A stretch of 64,000 nt of DNA from an uncultured Chloroflexia bacterium. Lineage in GTDB: Bacteria > Chloroflexota > Limnocylindria > QHBO01. Shown piece by piece: positions 1-11,367 of the stretch. The position numbers and the translations under genes were made by a program. Under the pieces are notes generated by a model. That model had not been told where the DNA came from, searched no databases, and worked only from the letters and a program-made list of their open reading frames with translations. The stretch is taken from contig CAWGTN010000002.1 of the NCBI GenBank assembly GCA_963825525.1, positions 832,001-896,000 of the forward strand. Reading direction: 5' to 3'. Each line of letters begins with the position of its first letter. Positions within the stretch are counted from its first letter, which is position 1.

Positions 1-360
1 CTCGGCATCGCAGTTCCCGCTCATGCGCGTCTGCCGTTCGACCTCGTCCTCCCTGCCCCGGCACAGGGCGCCCTGGCCATCCAGATCCGTGCCGGCGACG
101 CGTCGCTGCAAGCAGCGCTCGAAGGCGTGGACCATGGGCCGACGCGGGTCGGGGTGGAGGCGGAGCGGACGCTGCTACGGGCCATCGGCGGTGGCTGTCT
201 CGCCCCACTCGGCGCTCTCGGGGAAGTGGCCCATGACGAGCTTCGCCTGCGCGCGACCTTCGAGGACGCCGACGGCGCCATTCGACGAGCGGATTGCCGC
301 GGCCCAGTCACGGACGCGGCCACGGTCATCGCCGATGTGGCCGCCCGGATCAGCCGACGC
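1..360 (+). CDS. hemC: Hydroxymethylbilane synthase (porphobilinogen deaminase), C-terminal part; 5'-truncated by the window edge
   Basis: Frame 1 from base 1 reads ...LPAPAQGALAIQIR...AERTLLRAIGGGCLAPLGA, including the cofactor-binding Cys motif GGGC. It runs in frame into hemD (see findings). Confidence 0.88.
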
Positions 361-1119
361 ATGACCCGTCCCATTCTTGTGACGCGCCCCGCGGGCCAGG
401 CCAATGAGCTCCTGGCGCTCCTCGAGCAGCGTGGCGTTGGCGCGGTCAGCGTGCCCACCGTGGCGATCGACACGGCATCGGCGGCCGAGGACCTCGACGC
501 CATGCTCGACGGGCTCGCAGATGCCGATTGGCTGGTCCTGACCAGCGCGAACGGCGCCGAGGCGCTGGCCTCGCGGATCGTGGCCACGGGCCAGGAGCTG
601 CCGGCCGCGATCCGGGTGGCGGCCGTCGGTCCCGCGACCGCCGACGCCCTCGCGCAGGCCGGGATCCGCGTTGACCACGTGCCGTCCGACTACCTCACGG
701 TGGCGATCGCCGAAGGGCTCGGCGATGTCTCCGGCCGCCGCGTGGTGCTCGCCCGCGCCGATGCCGCAACACCGGACCTGCACCGGGCACTGGTGGCGCG
801 GGGGGCCCGAGTGGAGGAGGTCGTGGCCTATCGCACGGTCGAGGGACCGGGCGTCAACAGGGATCGGTTGCAGTCGCTCCTCCAGGGCGACCTCGCCGGC
901 GTCGCGTTCACGAGCGGATCGACCGTCCGCGGCCTGACGCGCCTTGCCGGCGGAGTCCATCGCGCGCGGGCGCGGCTGCTCCCTGCCTACTGCATCGGCC
1001 CGGTGACGGCGGCCGAGGCCCGCCAATCGGGCTTCCACATCGCCGGCGTCGCCACCGTCCACACGGCCGAAGCCCTCGCCGATCTCATCGCCACCGACCT
1101 TTCACGGGAGAACCCATGA
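361..1119 (+). CDS. hemD: Uroporphyrinogen-III synthase
   Basis: MTRPILVTRP start; LVLTSANG, AAVGPATA, VAYRT, FTSGSTV and CIGPVTA motifs. Confidence 0.9.
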   Translation: MTRPILVTRPAGQANELLALLEQRGVGAVSVPTVAIDTASAAEDLDAMLDGLADADWLVLTSANGAEALASRIVATGQELPAAIRVAAVGPATADALAQAGIRVDHVPSDYLTVAIAEGLGDVSGRRVVLARADAATPDLHRALVARGARVEEVVAYRTVEGPGVNRDRLQSLLQGDLAGVAFTSGSTVRGLTRLAGGVHRARARLLPAYCIGPVTAAEARQSGFHIAGVATVHTAEALADLIATDLSRENP

Positions 1120-2130
1120 CCCTCATCTCCGAAGCACGAACCGCCGCCGCGATCCACCGCGGTCGCCGGCTTCGACGTACGCCGGCACTCCGTGCGCTCG
1201 TGCGCGAGACGCGACTCGATCCGGGCATGCTCGTCGCGCCGCTCTTCGTGCGGCCCGGCCGGGGAGTGCGCGAAGAGATCGGCTCCATGCCCGGTCAGCA
1301 CCGCCTCAGCGTGGACCTCGCTGGCCGAGCACGCCTTGCAGCTCATGCGGGCCGGTGTCCGATCGGTCCTCCTCTTCGGGCTGCCGGATGGCAAGGACGG
1401 CGAGGGGTCCGGGGCATGGGCCGATGACGGCATCGTCCAGCAGGCGCTGCGCGCGATTCGGCTTGCGGTGGGCGACGAGCTCGCGGTCATCGCCGACGTC
1501 TGCCTGTGCGAATACACCTCGCACGGCCACTGCGGCGTCCTCGATGGCACGAGCCATCGACAACGACGCAACCCTGCCGCTCCTCGCGCGCGCTGCCGCA
1601 TCGTTGGCGCGGGCCGGGCGCCGACATCGTGGCGCCGAGCGCGATGATGGACGGCCAGGTCGCCGCCCTCCGATCCGCACCTCGACGAGCAGGACCTGGT
1701 CGACACGGCGATCCTCGCCTACGCGGCGAAGCACGCATCGGCCTTCTATGGGCCATTCCGGGAAGCTGCCGATTCGGCGCCGGCCTTCGGCGACCGGCGT
1801 GCGTACCAGATGGACGCCGCCAACGGTCGGGAGGCGTTGACCGAGATCCTGGCTGACGTCGACGAGGGCGCCGACATGATCATGGTCAAGCCGGCCCTGC
1901 CGGCCCTCGATATCGTCGCCGCGGCGCGCGCCGCCATCGATCTGCCGATCGCTGCCTACCAGGTCAGCGGCGAGTATGCCGCCATCTGCGCGGCCGCCGA
2001 GCGTGGCTGGCTGGACCGCCGAGGCGCGGCGCTCGAGTCGCTCACCGCCATCGCACGGGCCGGCGCCGGCATCATCGTCACCTACTTCGCGCTCGAGGCC
2101 GCCGGCTGGCTGCGGGAGACGGACCGATGA
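1116..2130 (+). CDS. hemB: Porphobilinogen synthase; about 4 apparent frameshifts (~1320, ~1548, ~1617, ~1680)
   Basis: [60 protein letters not shown] and AYQVSGEY motifs spread over successive frames. Confidence 0.9.
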
Positions 2131-2809
2131 GCGACGAGCGATTCGTCCACGCCTGGCTCCTGCGCCTCGACCCGGCCTGGCGCCGACTGGACGCCGCGGC
2201 GCGCCGGGCGGACATCGACGCGTTCTGTGTCGCTGCTGCGCGCACCGACCAACGGCTGATGCAACACAGCTACTCGACCATCGGCCTTCGCGCGGAAGGC
2301 GACCTCCTGCTGTGGCGCATGAGCGAGTCCATCGAGGCGGTCGAGGAGACCGCGGCTGACCTCCTCTCGACCGGGATCGGTCGCTGGCTGACGCCGGCCA
2401 TCAGCATGATCGGGCTCACCCGTCCCTCGCAGTACGTGAAGCGGCCGACGGCCCAGGAGCAGTCGCTGTTCAGCGGCGAGCGCTCGAAGTACGTCGTCGT
2501 CTATCCGTTCACGAAGTCGGTCGAGTGGTACCTCACCCCGGCCGAGGAACGACAGGAGGTGATGAAGGGCCACATGCGGGTCGGACACCGCTACCCGCAG
2601 GTCCGCCAGCTGCTGGCGTACTCCTTCGGGCTCGACGACCAGGAGTTCATCGTCGCGTACGAGACCGATGAGCTCATCGCCTTCCAGGACCTCGTCCGCG
2701 AGCTGCGCGAGACCGAGTCACGCCGTTCAACCATCCGCGACACGCCGATCATCACCGGCATCCATCGGCCACTCGGCGAGATCCTGGATATGCTGTCGGG
2801 ACCCGATCG

Positions 2810-2813
<4 letters not shown>
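2127..2813 (+). CDS. chdC: Coproheme decarboxylase (HemQ/ChdC, chlorite dismutase family)
   Basis: [31 protein letters not shown] and [17 protein letters not shown] motifs; located inside the hem operon. Confidence 0.85.
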
Positions 2814-4067
<1,254 letters not shown>

Positions 4068-4071
<4 letters not shown>

Positions 4072-5130
4072 TCGAGAGCATCCCCTCACCCACCACCGCC
4101 TGGACCGGCGAGGCCCGGTTCTGCGCCGCCCTGGGCCACGAGCAGCCCGATCGCACGCCGATCTGGTTCATGCGGCAGGCCGGTCGCTGCCTGGCCGACT
4201 ATCGGAAGCTGCGCGAGCGCTACCCGATCCTGACGCTGGCCAAGACGCCCGAGCTGTGCGCGGAAGTGACCGTCATGCCGGTCGATGCCTTCGGCGTCGA
4301 CGCGGCGGTCCTGTTCGCCGACATCATGATCCCGCTCGAGCCGATGGGCGTCAGCCTCGAGATCCAGCCCGACGTGGGGCCGATCATCCATGACCCGATC
4401 CGCTCGCGGGCACAGATCGATGCCCTGCGCTCCTTCGATCCGGCCGACGAGACCGCCTTCGTCATGGATGCCATCCGGCTCGTCCGACAGCAGCTCGACG
4501 GGAAACAGGCCGTCATCGGCTTCAGCGGCTCGCCGTTCACCCTGGCCTGCTACCTCATCGAGGGCAGACCATCGCGCGACTACGCGATCGCCAAGGCCTT
4601 CATGTACCGCGAGCCCGAGGCGTGGCACGCGCTGATGGAGAAGCTGTCGACGTGTCGTCATCGACTACCTCAACGCCCAGATCGAGGCCGGGGTGCACGT
4701 CGTCCAGCTCTTCGACTCGTGGGTGGGATCGCTCGGGCCGTCTGACTACGTGACGTATGTCCAGCCACACGTGGCTCGCATCTTCGCGGGCATCCGGGGT
4801 GCGCCGGCCATCCACTTCGGGACCGGCACCGCCGCGCTCCTGGAGCCGATGACGGTCGCCGGCGGCGACATCATTGGCGTCGACCATCGCCAGTCGCTCG
4901 ATCGAGCCTGGGAGCGCATCGGCTTCGACCGGGGCGTGCAGGGCAACCTGGACAGCACCCGCGTCATCGCGGGTTGGGAGGCGACTGCCGACGGCGCACG
5001 GGACGTCCTGCGTCGCGCGGCGAACCGGCCCGGCCACATCTTCAACCTCGGGCACGGCGTCCTGCCCGACAGCGACCCGGACGTGCTCCGACGGCTCGTC
5101 GACCTCGTGCACACCGAGTCGGCGCGATGA
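4068..5130 (+). CDS. hemE: Uroporphyrinogen decarboxylase; one apparent frameshift at ~4652
   Basis: PIWFMRQAGR, FADIMIP, GFSGSPFTLACYLIEG, QLFDSW, VQGNLD and HIFNLGHG motifs. Confidence 0.93.
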
Positions 5131-6060
5131 GTGATCGCCTCGGCGTCCTGCTCATGACGTACGGCTCGCCGGCCGACGACCTCCACGACCTGCCCGAGTA
5201 CCTCGCGGCAGTGCGGGGTGGACGCGCGCCCGATGACGAGCTGGTCGCCGAGTTCCGGCGGCGCTACGAGCTCATCGGCGGGTCACCGCTCATCCAGATC
5301 ACCCGTGCCCAGGCGGCGGCCGTGGAAGACCGCCTTCGGGCGGACGGCATCGACGCCTCAGCGACCGTCGGCATGCGCTTCTCCGCGCCCACGGTCCTCG
5401 ACGGCCTCCGCGAGCTGCGCGAGCTCGGATGCGAACGAGTGAGCGCCATCGTCATGAGCCCGCAGTACTCGGAGCTGCTCATGGCCGGGTACCGGCGCGC
5501 GATCGACGGCGGCGGTGGAAGAGCTGGGCACGTCCGCTCCGGCGGTGGAGCTGGCACCGGCATGGCATCGCGAGCCCGGGTTCATCGAGGCGGTGGCGGA
5601 GAAGGTGCGCGACGGCCTGGCGGAGCTTCCGGCCGGCACGCCGGTGCTGCTCACCGCCCATTCGCTTCCGCGCCGCGTCGCCGATGCTGAGCCTGGGTAC
5701 CTCGACCAGCTGCAGCGTCACGGCGGAGGCGGTGGCCGCGTGCCGCCGGCATCCCCGACGACGGCTGGCACTTCTGCTGGCAGTCGGCCGGCCACGAGCC
5801 CGGCGAGTGGATGAAGCCCGACTTCAGCGACCTCCTGCCCGCAGCTGCGTGACGCCGGTCACCGGTCGGTCCTCGTCGCGCCGATCCAGTTCCTGGCCGA
5901 CCACCTCGAGATCCTCTACGACGTCGACATCGGCGCACGCGAGCAGGCGACGGCCGCCGGCATGGCGTTCGCCCGGATCGAGTCACTCAACGTCTCGCCC
6001 ACCTTCATCGGCACGCTCGCCACGATCGCCGCTCGGAGCCTCGCGCCAGCGGAGGCCTGA
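5127..6060 (+). CDS. hemH: Ferrochelatase (coproporphyrin ferrochelatase HemH/CpfC); several apparent frameshifts (~5510, ~5720-5745, ~5842)
   Basis: LLMTYGSP, RYELIGGSPL, LTAHSLP, WQSAG..W.KPD and PIQFLADHLEILYDVD motifs across frames; TGA at 6058-6060. Confidence 0.88.
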
Positions 6061-6095
6061 CGCGCGGCGACGGCCTCATCGGCTAGGGTGAGCCG

Positions 6096-6545
6096 ATGCA
6101 GCGAGTCGAACGGCGCGCGACGATCCAGGCACCACCCGACGAGGTCTTCGCGTACCTCGCGGACCTCGATCGGCTGGCCGAGTGGCAGAGCGGCGTCACG
6201 GAGGCGCGCCGCACGTCCGACGGCGAGATGCGTGTCGGTGCCACCGCTCACGTCACGCGCCAGCTGATGGGCCAGCGCATCGATGCGCCCCTGACCGTGA
6301 CCGCCTACGAGCCGCCGCGCCGGCTGGCCATCGAGAGCGAGGTGAGCGGCGTCCGCGCGGACGCCACGCTCGAGGTCGCACCGTCCGGCACGGGCAGCGA
6401 GGTCACGTTCGCCATGGAGATCCGCGGCTCGATGCTGACCGCGTTCATGGAGCCGATGATCGCCTCGGCAGCCGGGGGCGACATCCAGGCCAGCCTCGAG
6501 CGCCTGAGCTCCCGCCTCGAGGGCGGCCCGAAGCCGGCCGCCTAG
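6096..6545 (+). CDS. SRPBCC (polyketide cyclase/START) family protein
   Basis: IQAPPDEVFAYLADLDRLAEW N-terminus and VTAYEPPRRL; 149 aa. Confidence 0.8.
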   Translation: MQRVERRATIQAPPDEVFAYLADLDRLAEWQSGVTEARRTSDGEMRVGATAHVTRQLMGQRIDAPLTVTAYEPPRRLAIESEVSGVRADATLEVAPSGTGSEVTFAMEIRGSMLTAFMEPMIASAAGGDIQASLERLSSRLEGGPKPAA

Positions 6546-7018
6546 CCCCCGAGCGCGATCGTCACGGCCACCTGGTTGCTGTACGCGCTCGTCCAGCCGG
6601 GCGACAGCGAGCGCACGACGTAGTAGTAGGTCGTGAGCGTCGAGAGCGCCCCGTTGTCCGTCCAGCTCGCCGTGGTCCGACCCGCGGCCGTCGCCACGAG
6701 CACGTAGCCTGACCCATTCGTCGTGGAGCGCCACACCTCGTACCCGGTGGCGAAGGCGTCGGGCGTCGGGGTCCACGACAGCTGCGGACGCGAGACGAGT
6801 CCGGCCGTGCAGATCACGAGGGTCGCGGCGCACGTGACGTTGGACGGCGGATCGAGTACCTGGACCGAGGACGTTACCGGCTGGGCCCCGACACTCGAGA
6901 ACGCCGCCATGGAGCTGTTGCCGCCACCGGAGAAGGCGACCGCGACGAGCACGGCGACGCCGAGCCAGCTCGCGAGGCGTCGCCGGCCGCGGGTGTGCCA
7001 GGTGGATACCGGGTCCAT
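6542..7018 (-). CDS. Secreted protein with a SipW-type signal peptide and a fibronectin-III-like domain
   Basis: Basic N-terminus, hydrophobic stretch and SSMAAFSS cleavage-like motif; LSW...GYEVWRS...WTD...YYYVVR FN3 pattern. Confidence 0.6.
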   Translation of the reverse strand: MDPVSTWHTRGRRRLASWLGVAVLVAVAFSGGGNSSMAAFSSVGAQPVTSSVQVLDPPSNVTCAATLVICTAGLVSRPQLSWTPTPDAFATGYEVWRSTTNGSGYVLVATAAGRTTASWTDNGALSTLTTYYYVVRSLSPGWTSAYSNQVAVTIALGG

Positions 7019-7163
7019 GCGGCTTCGAGTGTCGGGCGCCTCAGCGCCGAGCGAAACCCATCGATGCGCCGTGGATCGCCACCGATGGTCCTATTGGTCG
7101 CCGTGCGCGCGTGCCCCACGCTGGAGCCAAGACATTCGTCACTTTGCGGGGAGACTCCACTCG

Positions 7164-7766
7164 ATGGTCACCAAGACCACCTCCATGCGCGAGCGTGCGC
7201 TCGCGTTCCTTCTTCCGGGTGTTGCCATGGTCGGCATCGGGGCCGGCAGCCTCAGCCTCGCGCTGTTCACCGACAGCGCCAGCGTCGACGGGACGTTCAC
7301 GGCAGGCACGATCAGCCTCGACCCCAGCGACGTCGCATCGCTGTCGCTCTCGTCCGGCGCGCTGCTGCCCGGCGACGTGCTGACCGACGACGTCACGATC
7401 ACGAACGACGGCACCGCCGAGCTGCGCTACAGCGTCGCGACCTCGAGCACGAACGCCGACACCCTCGCGCTGCGCGACGTCCTGACGCTGACCGTGCGCG
7501 AGGTCGACACAACGACGCCCGTCACGCCCTGCAACGACTTCGACGGCACGCTGGTCGTCGCACAGACGGCCTTCGGGGCCAGCTCGGTCGGCATCGGCGA
7601 TGCCACCGCAGGCGAGCAGGCCGGTGACCGCACCCTGGCTGCCGCCAGCAGCGAGACGCTCTGCTTCCGCATGAGCCTCCCGTCGGCGACCGGCAACGCC
7701 TACCAGGGCGCGACGACCACTACGACGTTCACCTTCAACGCCGAGCAGACCGCCAACAACCCGTAG
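7164..7766 (+). CDS. TasA/CalY-family (SipW-cognate) secreted fibre protein
   Basis: GGGGAGA RBS before ATG 7164; signal ending SLSLALFTD..FTAGTISL; LLPGD...ITNDGT..LRY, GNAYQG and FNAEQ C-terminus are typical of the TasA/camelysin family. Confidence 0.8.
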   Translation: MVTKTTSMRERALAFLLPGVAMVGIGAGSLSLALFTDSASVDGTFTAGTISLDPSDVASLSLSSGALLPGDVLTDDVTITNDGTAELRYSVATSSTNADTLALRDVLTLTVREVDTTTPVTPCNDFDGTLVVAQTAFGASSVGIGDATAGEQAGDRTLAAASSETLCFRMSLPSATGNAYQGATTTTTFTFNAEQTANNP

Positions 7767-7785
7767 CGGCCGTGAGATCCACGCG

Positions 7786-8367
7786 ATGATCGAGCTGCTC
7801 GTCCTCCGGACGTGGCGGGTCATCCTGGGCGGCCTGATCGTCATCCTGTCCGCCACGGTGCTGCTGCTCGGGATCGGCGCGCGCGTCGGACCTGCCATGG
7901 GCTACGAGCTCTATGCGATCCGCAGCGGGTCCATGGAGCCGTCCATCGGCGTGGGGTCGCTCACCGTGGTGGACCGCTCGCGGACGCCCGGCGTGGGCGA
8001 GGTCGCCACCTTCCGGCTGTCGAACGGCACCGCCGTGACGCACCGCGTGACCCGGGTCGTCGAGATGGACGGGCAGCGCTGGATCGAGACCCGTGGCGAC
8101 GCGAACGCGGCACCTGACCCGGCGCTCATCCCGTCGGACGCCGTCGTCGGCGTGGTGGCGACCCGCATCGCCTTCCTGGGCTACCTCCTGGCGCTCCTGG
8201 CCATGCCGACCGGCATCGTCACGCTGCTGGCGACCGGTGCCACGCTCCTCGTCGCGAACCGGCTCGTCGAGGGCGCGGAGGGACGAGCCATCGAGCGACG
8301 CGACCGTCGACATCGGCGATCTGCGCTGAGCCATCGCCGAACGCTGGCCCCGCTCTCCGGCCACTGA
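7786..8367 (+). CDS. sipW: Signal peptidase I, SipW/ER-type (S26B)
   Basis: SGSMEP catalytic Ser, VTHRV catalytic His and TRGDAN..PDP motifs; N- and C-terminal TM helices. Confidence 0.85.
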   Translation: MIELLVLRTWRVILGGLIVILSATVLLLGIGARVGPAMGYELYAIRSGSMEPSIGVGSLTVVDRSRTPGVGEVATFRLSNGTAVTHRVTRVVEMDGQRWIETRGDANAAPDPALIPSDAVVGVVATRIAFLGYLLALLAMPTGIVTLLATGATLLVANRLVEGAEGRAIERRDRRHRRSALSHRRTLAPLSGH

Positions 8368-8409
8368 CGACCACCTGACGGCTAAAGCTCGCCAGTCCAC
8401 CAGCCCCAG

Positions 8410-8433
8410 TACCTTGACACGCCAAGGTAGTAT
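8410..8433 (+). promoter_or_regulatory. Probable PadR operator (TACCTTG-N6-CAAGGTA) overlapping a -10 box (TAGTAT)
   Basis: Perfect 7-bp inverted repeat at 8410-8416/8423-8429 directly upstream of the padR ATG (8442); TAGTAT at 8428-8433. Confidence 0.6.
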
Positions 8434-8441
8434 TGCCGAGG

Positions 8442-8783
8442 ATGGACGAGACGAAACGCATCGCCCTGCGCAAGGGCCTGCTCGAGTACCTGATTCTCGC
8501 GATCGCCTCGAACGACCGCGTCTACGCCGCCGACATCCTGGAACGCCTCCAAACGACCGACTTCGCCACCCAGGAGGGAACGCTCTATCCCCTGCTGAGC
8601 AAGATGCGCAGGGAGCAGCTGCTGGACTACGAGTGGCGCGAGTCGGCCTCCGGGCCGCCGCGCAAGTACTACGGGCTCACGGATGCCGGCCGAACGCAGC
8701 TGACCGGCTTCCGAGCGTATTGGGGGTCGATCAACCACCTCATCGACGAACTGGGCAGGAGCCACCATGCACCGAGTGATTGA
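8442..8783 (+). CDS. PadR family transcriptional regulator
   Basis: LRKGLLEYLIL, EGTLYPLLSKM and GPPRKYYGLTDAGR motifs. Confidence 0.92.
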   Translation: MDETKRIALRKGLLEYLILAIASNDRVYAADILERLQTTDFATQEGTLYPLLSKMRREQLLDYEWRESASGPPRKYYGLTDAGRTQLTGFRAYWGSINHLIDELGRSHHAPSD

Positions 8784-9303
8784 CATCAGCCTGGCCGGGC
8801 ACCCCGCCCCGTTCCGGCTCCACGACGACGCCTACGACATGCTCCAGCGCTACCTCGAGGGCGCGCGGTCCGGACTGGCCGACGAGGCCGATCTGGCCGA
8901 AGTCATCGACGATCTCGAGCGATCCATCGGCGAGAAGCTGACGGCCGGCTTGAACAACGACCGAGGGGTGGTCAGCTCGACGCAGATGCTTTCCGTGCTC
9001 GACGAGATGGGGACGGTCGAGCCGGGCACGCCTCCCCTGTCGGCGCCGACTCCGGCGGCACCGGGCACGGGGCGCCGCCGTCTCCTGCGCATCCGGAAAG
9101 GCCAGGAGGTAGCGGGCGTATGTAACGGCCTCGCCGAGTACTCGGGGTCCAACCTCACCCTGGTCCGGTGGATCTTTGCCCTCCTCACGATCTTCACCGG
9201 CGGACTGTTCGGCCTCGTCTACCTGGTCGCCATGTTCATCCTGCCGATCGTCGAGACGCACGCCGACTTCCGCGCAGCGCAGCCGATCGCCAAGGTGGCG
9301 TAA
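8767..9303 (+). CDS. PspC domain-containing protein
   Basis: N-terminal DDAYDMLQRYL...EVIDDLERSIGE domain followed by the PspC motif VAGVCNGLAEY...LVRW...VYLVAMFILP. Confidence 0.85.
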   Translation: MHRVIDISLAGHPAPFRLHDDAYDMLQRYLEGARSGLADEADLAEVIDDLERSIGEKLTAGLNNDRGVVSSTQMLSVLDEMGTVEPGTPPLSAPTPAAPGTGRRRLLRIRKGQEVAGVCNGLAEYSGSNLTLVRWIFALLTIFTGGLFGLVYLVAMFILPIVETHADFRAAQPIAKVA

Positions 9304-9379
9304 GCGCGTCGGCAGGGCCTCGGACGACCGCCGGCTCAGACCTTGGGCCGGCTCCAGCCCCTCAGGAGGATTTCGAACC

Positions 9380-9895
9380 TTGGGCCTTCCGCGATCGGTC
9401 ATAGCCGCGACACTGAGCATCTGCCTGGCCAGCTGTTCGGCCGCCACTCAGACTCCGGAGGTGTGCCGAGGTGTGCCTGCGGACCTCGGCGGCTGTGATG
9501 AGAATCAGCCCACGTTCTCAGGCACGACGTGTTCGGAGGTCGGGATGCAATTCGGTGAGCAGCTGGATCGGCGATTGGTGGCCGTCATAGACGGCCCGGC
9601 GATTGTCGATGGTCGCGCACGATCGTCACAGGCCCTGGCGTTCACGATTCTGGTGACCCAGCGTGCGAATGAGTACCTGCGCGGCGCCGGGATGGTTCAG
9701 GCCTGTGACGCCGACGAGTTCATGCTGGCGGCGGAAGAGGCATTCACGGATCAACTGATAGATCACGCTGGCTCACTCGTGTCCGAGATCGAGCCACATG
9801 ACTATGAGGACTGGCTGGCCGATCTCCGAGAAGTCGTGCAAGTCATCGATCAGGACGAAGGTCTTCCGTACGAGGGCGTCACTCCATCGGCCTGA
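9380..9895 (+). CDS. Hypothetical lipoprotein, likely cargo of the older element remnant
   Basis: AGGAGGA RBS 9 nt before TTG 9380; lipobox-like LASC; Cys-containing acidic mature region. Confidence 0.6.
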   Translation: MGLPRSVIAATLSICLASCSAATQTPEVCRGVPADLGGCDENQPTFSGTTCSEVGMQFGEQLDRRLVAVIDGPAIVDGRARSSQALAFTILVTQRANEYLRGAGMVQACDADEFMLAAEEAFTDQLIDHAGSLVSEIEPHDYEDWLADLREVVQVIDQDEGLPYEGVTPSA

Positions 9896-9951
9896 CGGGA
9901 TGCTTGCCGGCACGCCGCTCATGCCGAGTACCCAGAAAGCGCGGTGGGACG

Positions 9952-10029
9952 CGGCAACTTCAGCGCGCTCTATCTACTACCCCTACCCTCGATTGAGGGG
10001 GTAGTAGATAGAGCGGCCCAAAGTTGCCG
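9952..10029. repeat. 78-bp imperfect palindrome: right TIR of an older element (9952-9983), 14-bp target copy (9984-9997) and left TIR of the island (9998-10029)
   Basis: CGGCAACTT-N5-CGCTCTATCTACTACCCC | TACCCTCGATTGAG | GGGGTAGTAGATAGAGCG-N5-AAGTTGCCG read directly from the sequence. Confidence 0.9.
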
Positions 10030-10290
10030 GTTCAGGTTGCGAACACATCCGAGAGAACTACGTCCCATCGCTCAGACCGTGGTGACCCGGCCTCGGCCGA
10101 CCTCCTCGCCGCACGTCCGAACCGCAAGACGCTAACAAGGCGTAGCCGTCAGCCGAGGCGCACTGCTCCTGGACTCGGGCGGCCGTGTCGATCGTGCGGG
10201 CAACCACCGGGATCCGCCGATCTCGGTGATCGTGCCGGCATGGGCTTGCGGGCACGCTTCTTCTTGGCCGGGTAAGGCTACGGCAGCGGC

Positions 10291-10500
10291 TCAGTGAGCG
10301 ACGATTTGCCATTTGCGTCCACGAACCAAGCGATCTGGTCGTAGAACTGCCCCTCGTCCGCGTCCCGAAGGATGGTCCTCGGCAGAGTCTCGAGCTTCGT
10401 AGGCGGCTCGCGCCGGGGCGCCACGAAGGCCTGGTACAGCGGATCGTCCTTTGCGGGTCGATGTTGTCCTCGCCGAGGACCATCAAGTTCTCGCCGAACC
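10291..10500 (-). pseudogene. Decayed fragment of an endonuclease/exonuclease/phosphatase (EEP) family gene
   Basis: The minus strand reads FGENLMVLGEDNID, then after a frameshift KDDPLYQAF...LPRTILRD...FYDQIAWF. This resembles the LGDFNID...YDQI motifs of EEP nucleases. Confidence 0.5.
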
Positions 10501-10518
10501 GTCGCCGCCGTCCCCTGC

Positions 10519-11367
10519 CTACCGCCCGACCTCGAGCTGGCGTGCTCCGTTCACGCCGTACGTGACCTTGATAGTGGACTCGCTGAACGTGGCCTGACAT
10601 CCGGCGGTGCAGTCGGCGTCGTCGACATTCGCATCGACAAATTTGGCGGCCTCGCTGTCTTCGCCGCCCAGCAGCGCACTCGCCAGCGCGTTGAATAGTG
10701 GTTTGGCAAGACCCTTATCGATACCTGAGTCGTCGGCAGAGATGACGGCACTGGTTATGCCATCGACATAGTCGGTGGCCCAATAGGCAGCGTTGACCAT
10801 GTACGAGACATCACCATCAGATCCTTGACAGTCAAGGCCATAAGTCGCGCCCATCTCAGGGGATTGAGCATATGACTGGCATTCAAGCCCGAATTCTGCA
10901 GCAGCCGCGGCGACATCGAAGATAGTCGCGCCCGCGACGCCTGCAGGCCTTGGTGGAATGGAGGCATCAGCACCTGGCAACTCGCCCGCAATCTCCGGGG
11001 ACGAAGGCGCAGTTGGCTCTGGCGTAGCCGCGGAGGGACTCGCGCCGTTCGACGGGGCTGGCGCCAGGGACTCCTCAGGCGCTGGAGTGGCTGAGGGCGC
11101 GGGAGCAACGCTGGACGGCTGCGCCTGACTAGGAGACGCCGGCGGTCCGAATCCAACACCCAAGTTCGCTGCCCAGTTGAGCGCCGTCGCTGACAACACG
11201 GCTGCCACGACGATCGTCGCGACAGCAGGCACCACGGGCCACCATGGACGTCGCGAGCGATCAGTGAAGCGCGCAAGATCCAGGCTAGGCGCACGGCGAG
11301 CCCCACTGTCCGCGTACCTCCGCAGCCGTTCGCCCAATACCTGATCCGGATTCGGGGAGTCGCTCAT
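10519..11367 (-). CDS. Putative anti-sigma factor / membrane-anchored protein
   Basis: Overlaps the ECF sigma stop (ATGA); short cytoplasmic N-terminus, one TM helix, Pro/Ser/Ala linker and a Cys-containing extracellular domain. Confidence 0.6.
   Translation of the reverse strand: MSDSPNPDQVLGERLRRYADSGARRAPSLDLARFTDRSRRPWWPVVPAVATIVVAAVLSATALNWAANLGVGFGPPASPSQAQPSSVAPAPSATPAPEESLAPAPSNGASPSAATPEPTAPSSPEIAGELPGADASIPPRPAGVAGATIFDVAAAAAEFGLECQSYAQSPEMGATYGLDCQGSDGDVSYMVNAAYWATDYVDGITSAVISADDSGIDKGLAKPLFNALASALLGGEDSEAAKFVDANVDDADCTAGCQATFSESTIKVTYGVNGARQLEVGR

Noticed and set aside
9952-10029. Palindrome as a simple terminator or CRISPR repeat
   Set aside because: It has no U-tract, only two related copies 6 kb apart, and no cas genes; the half copy at 16148 is better explained as TIR plus target.
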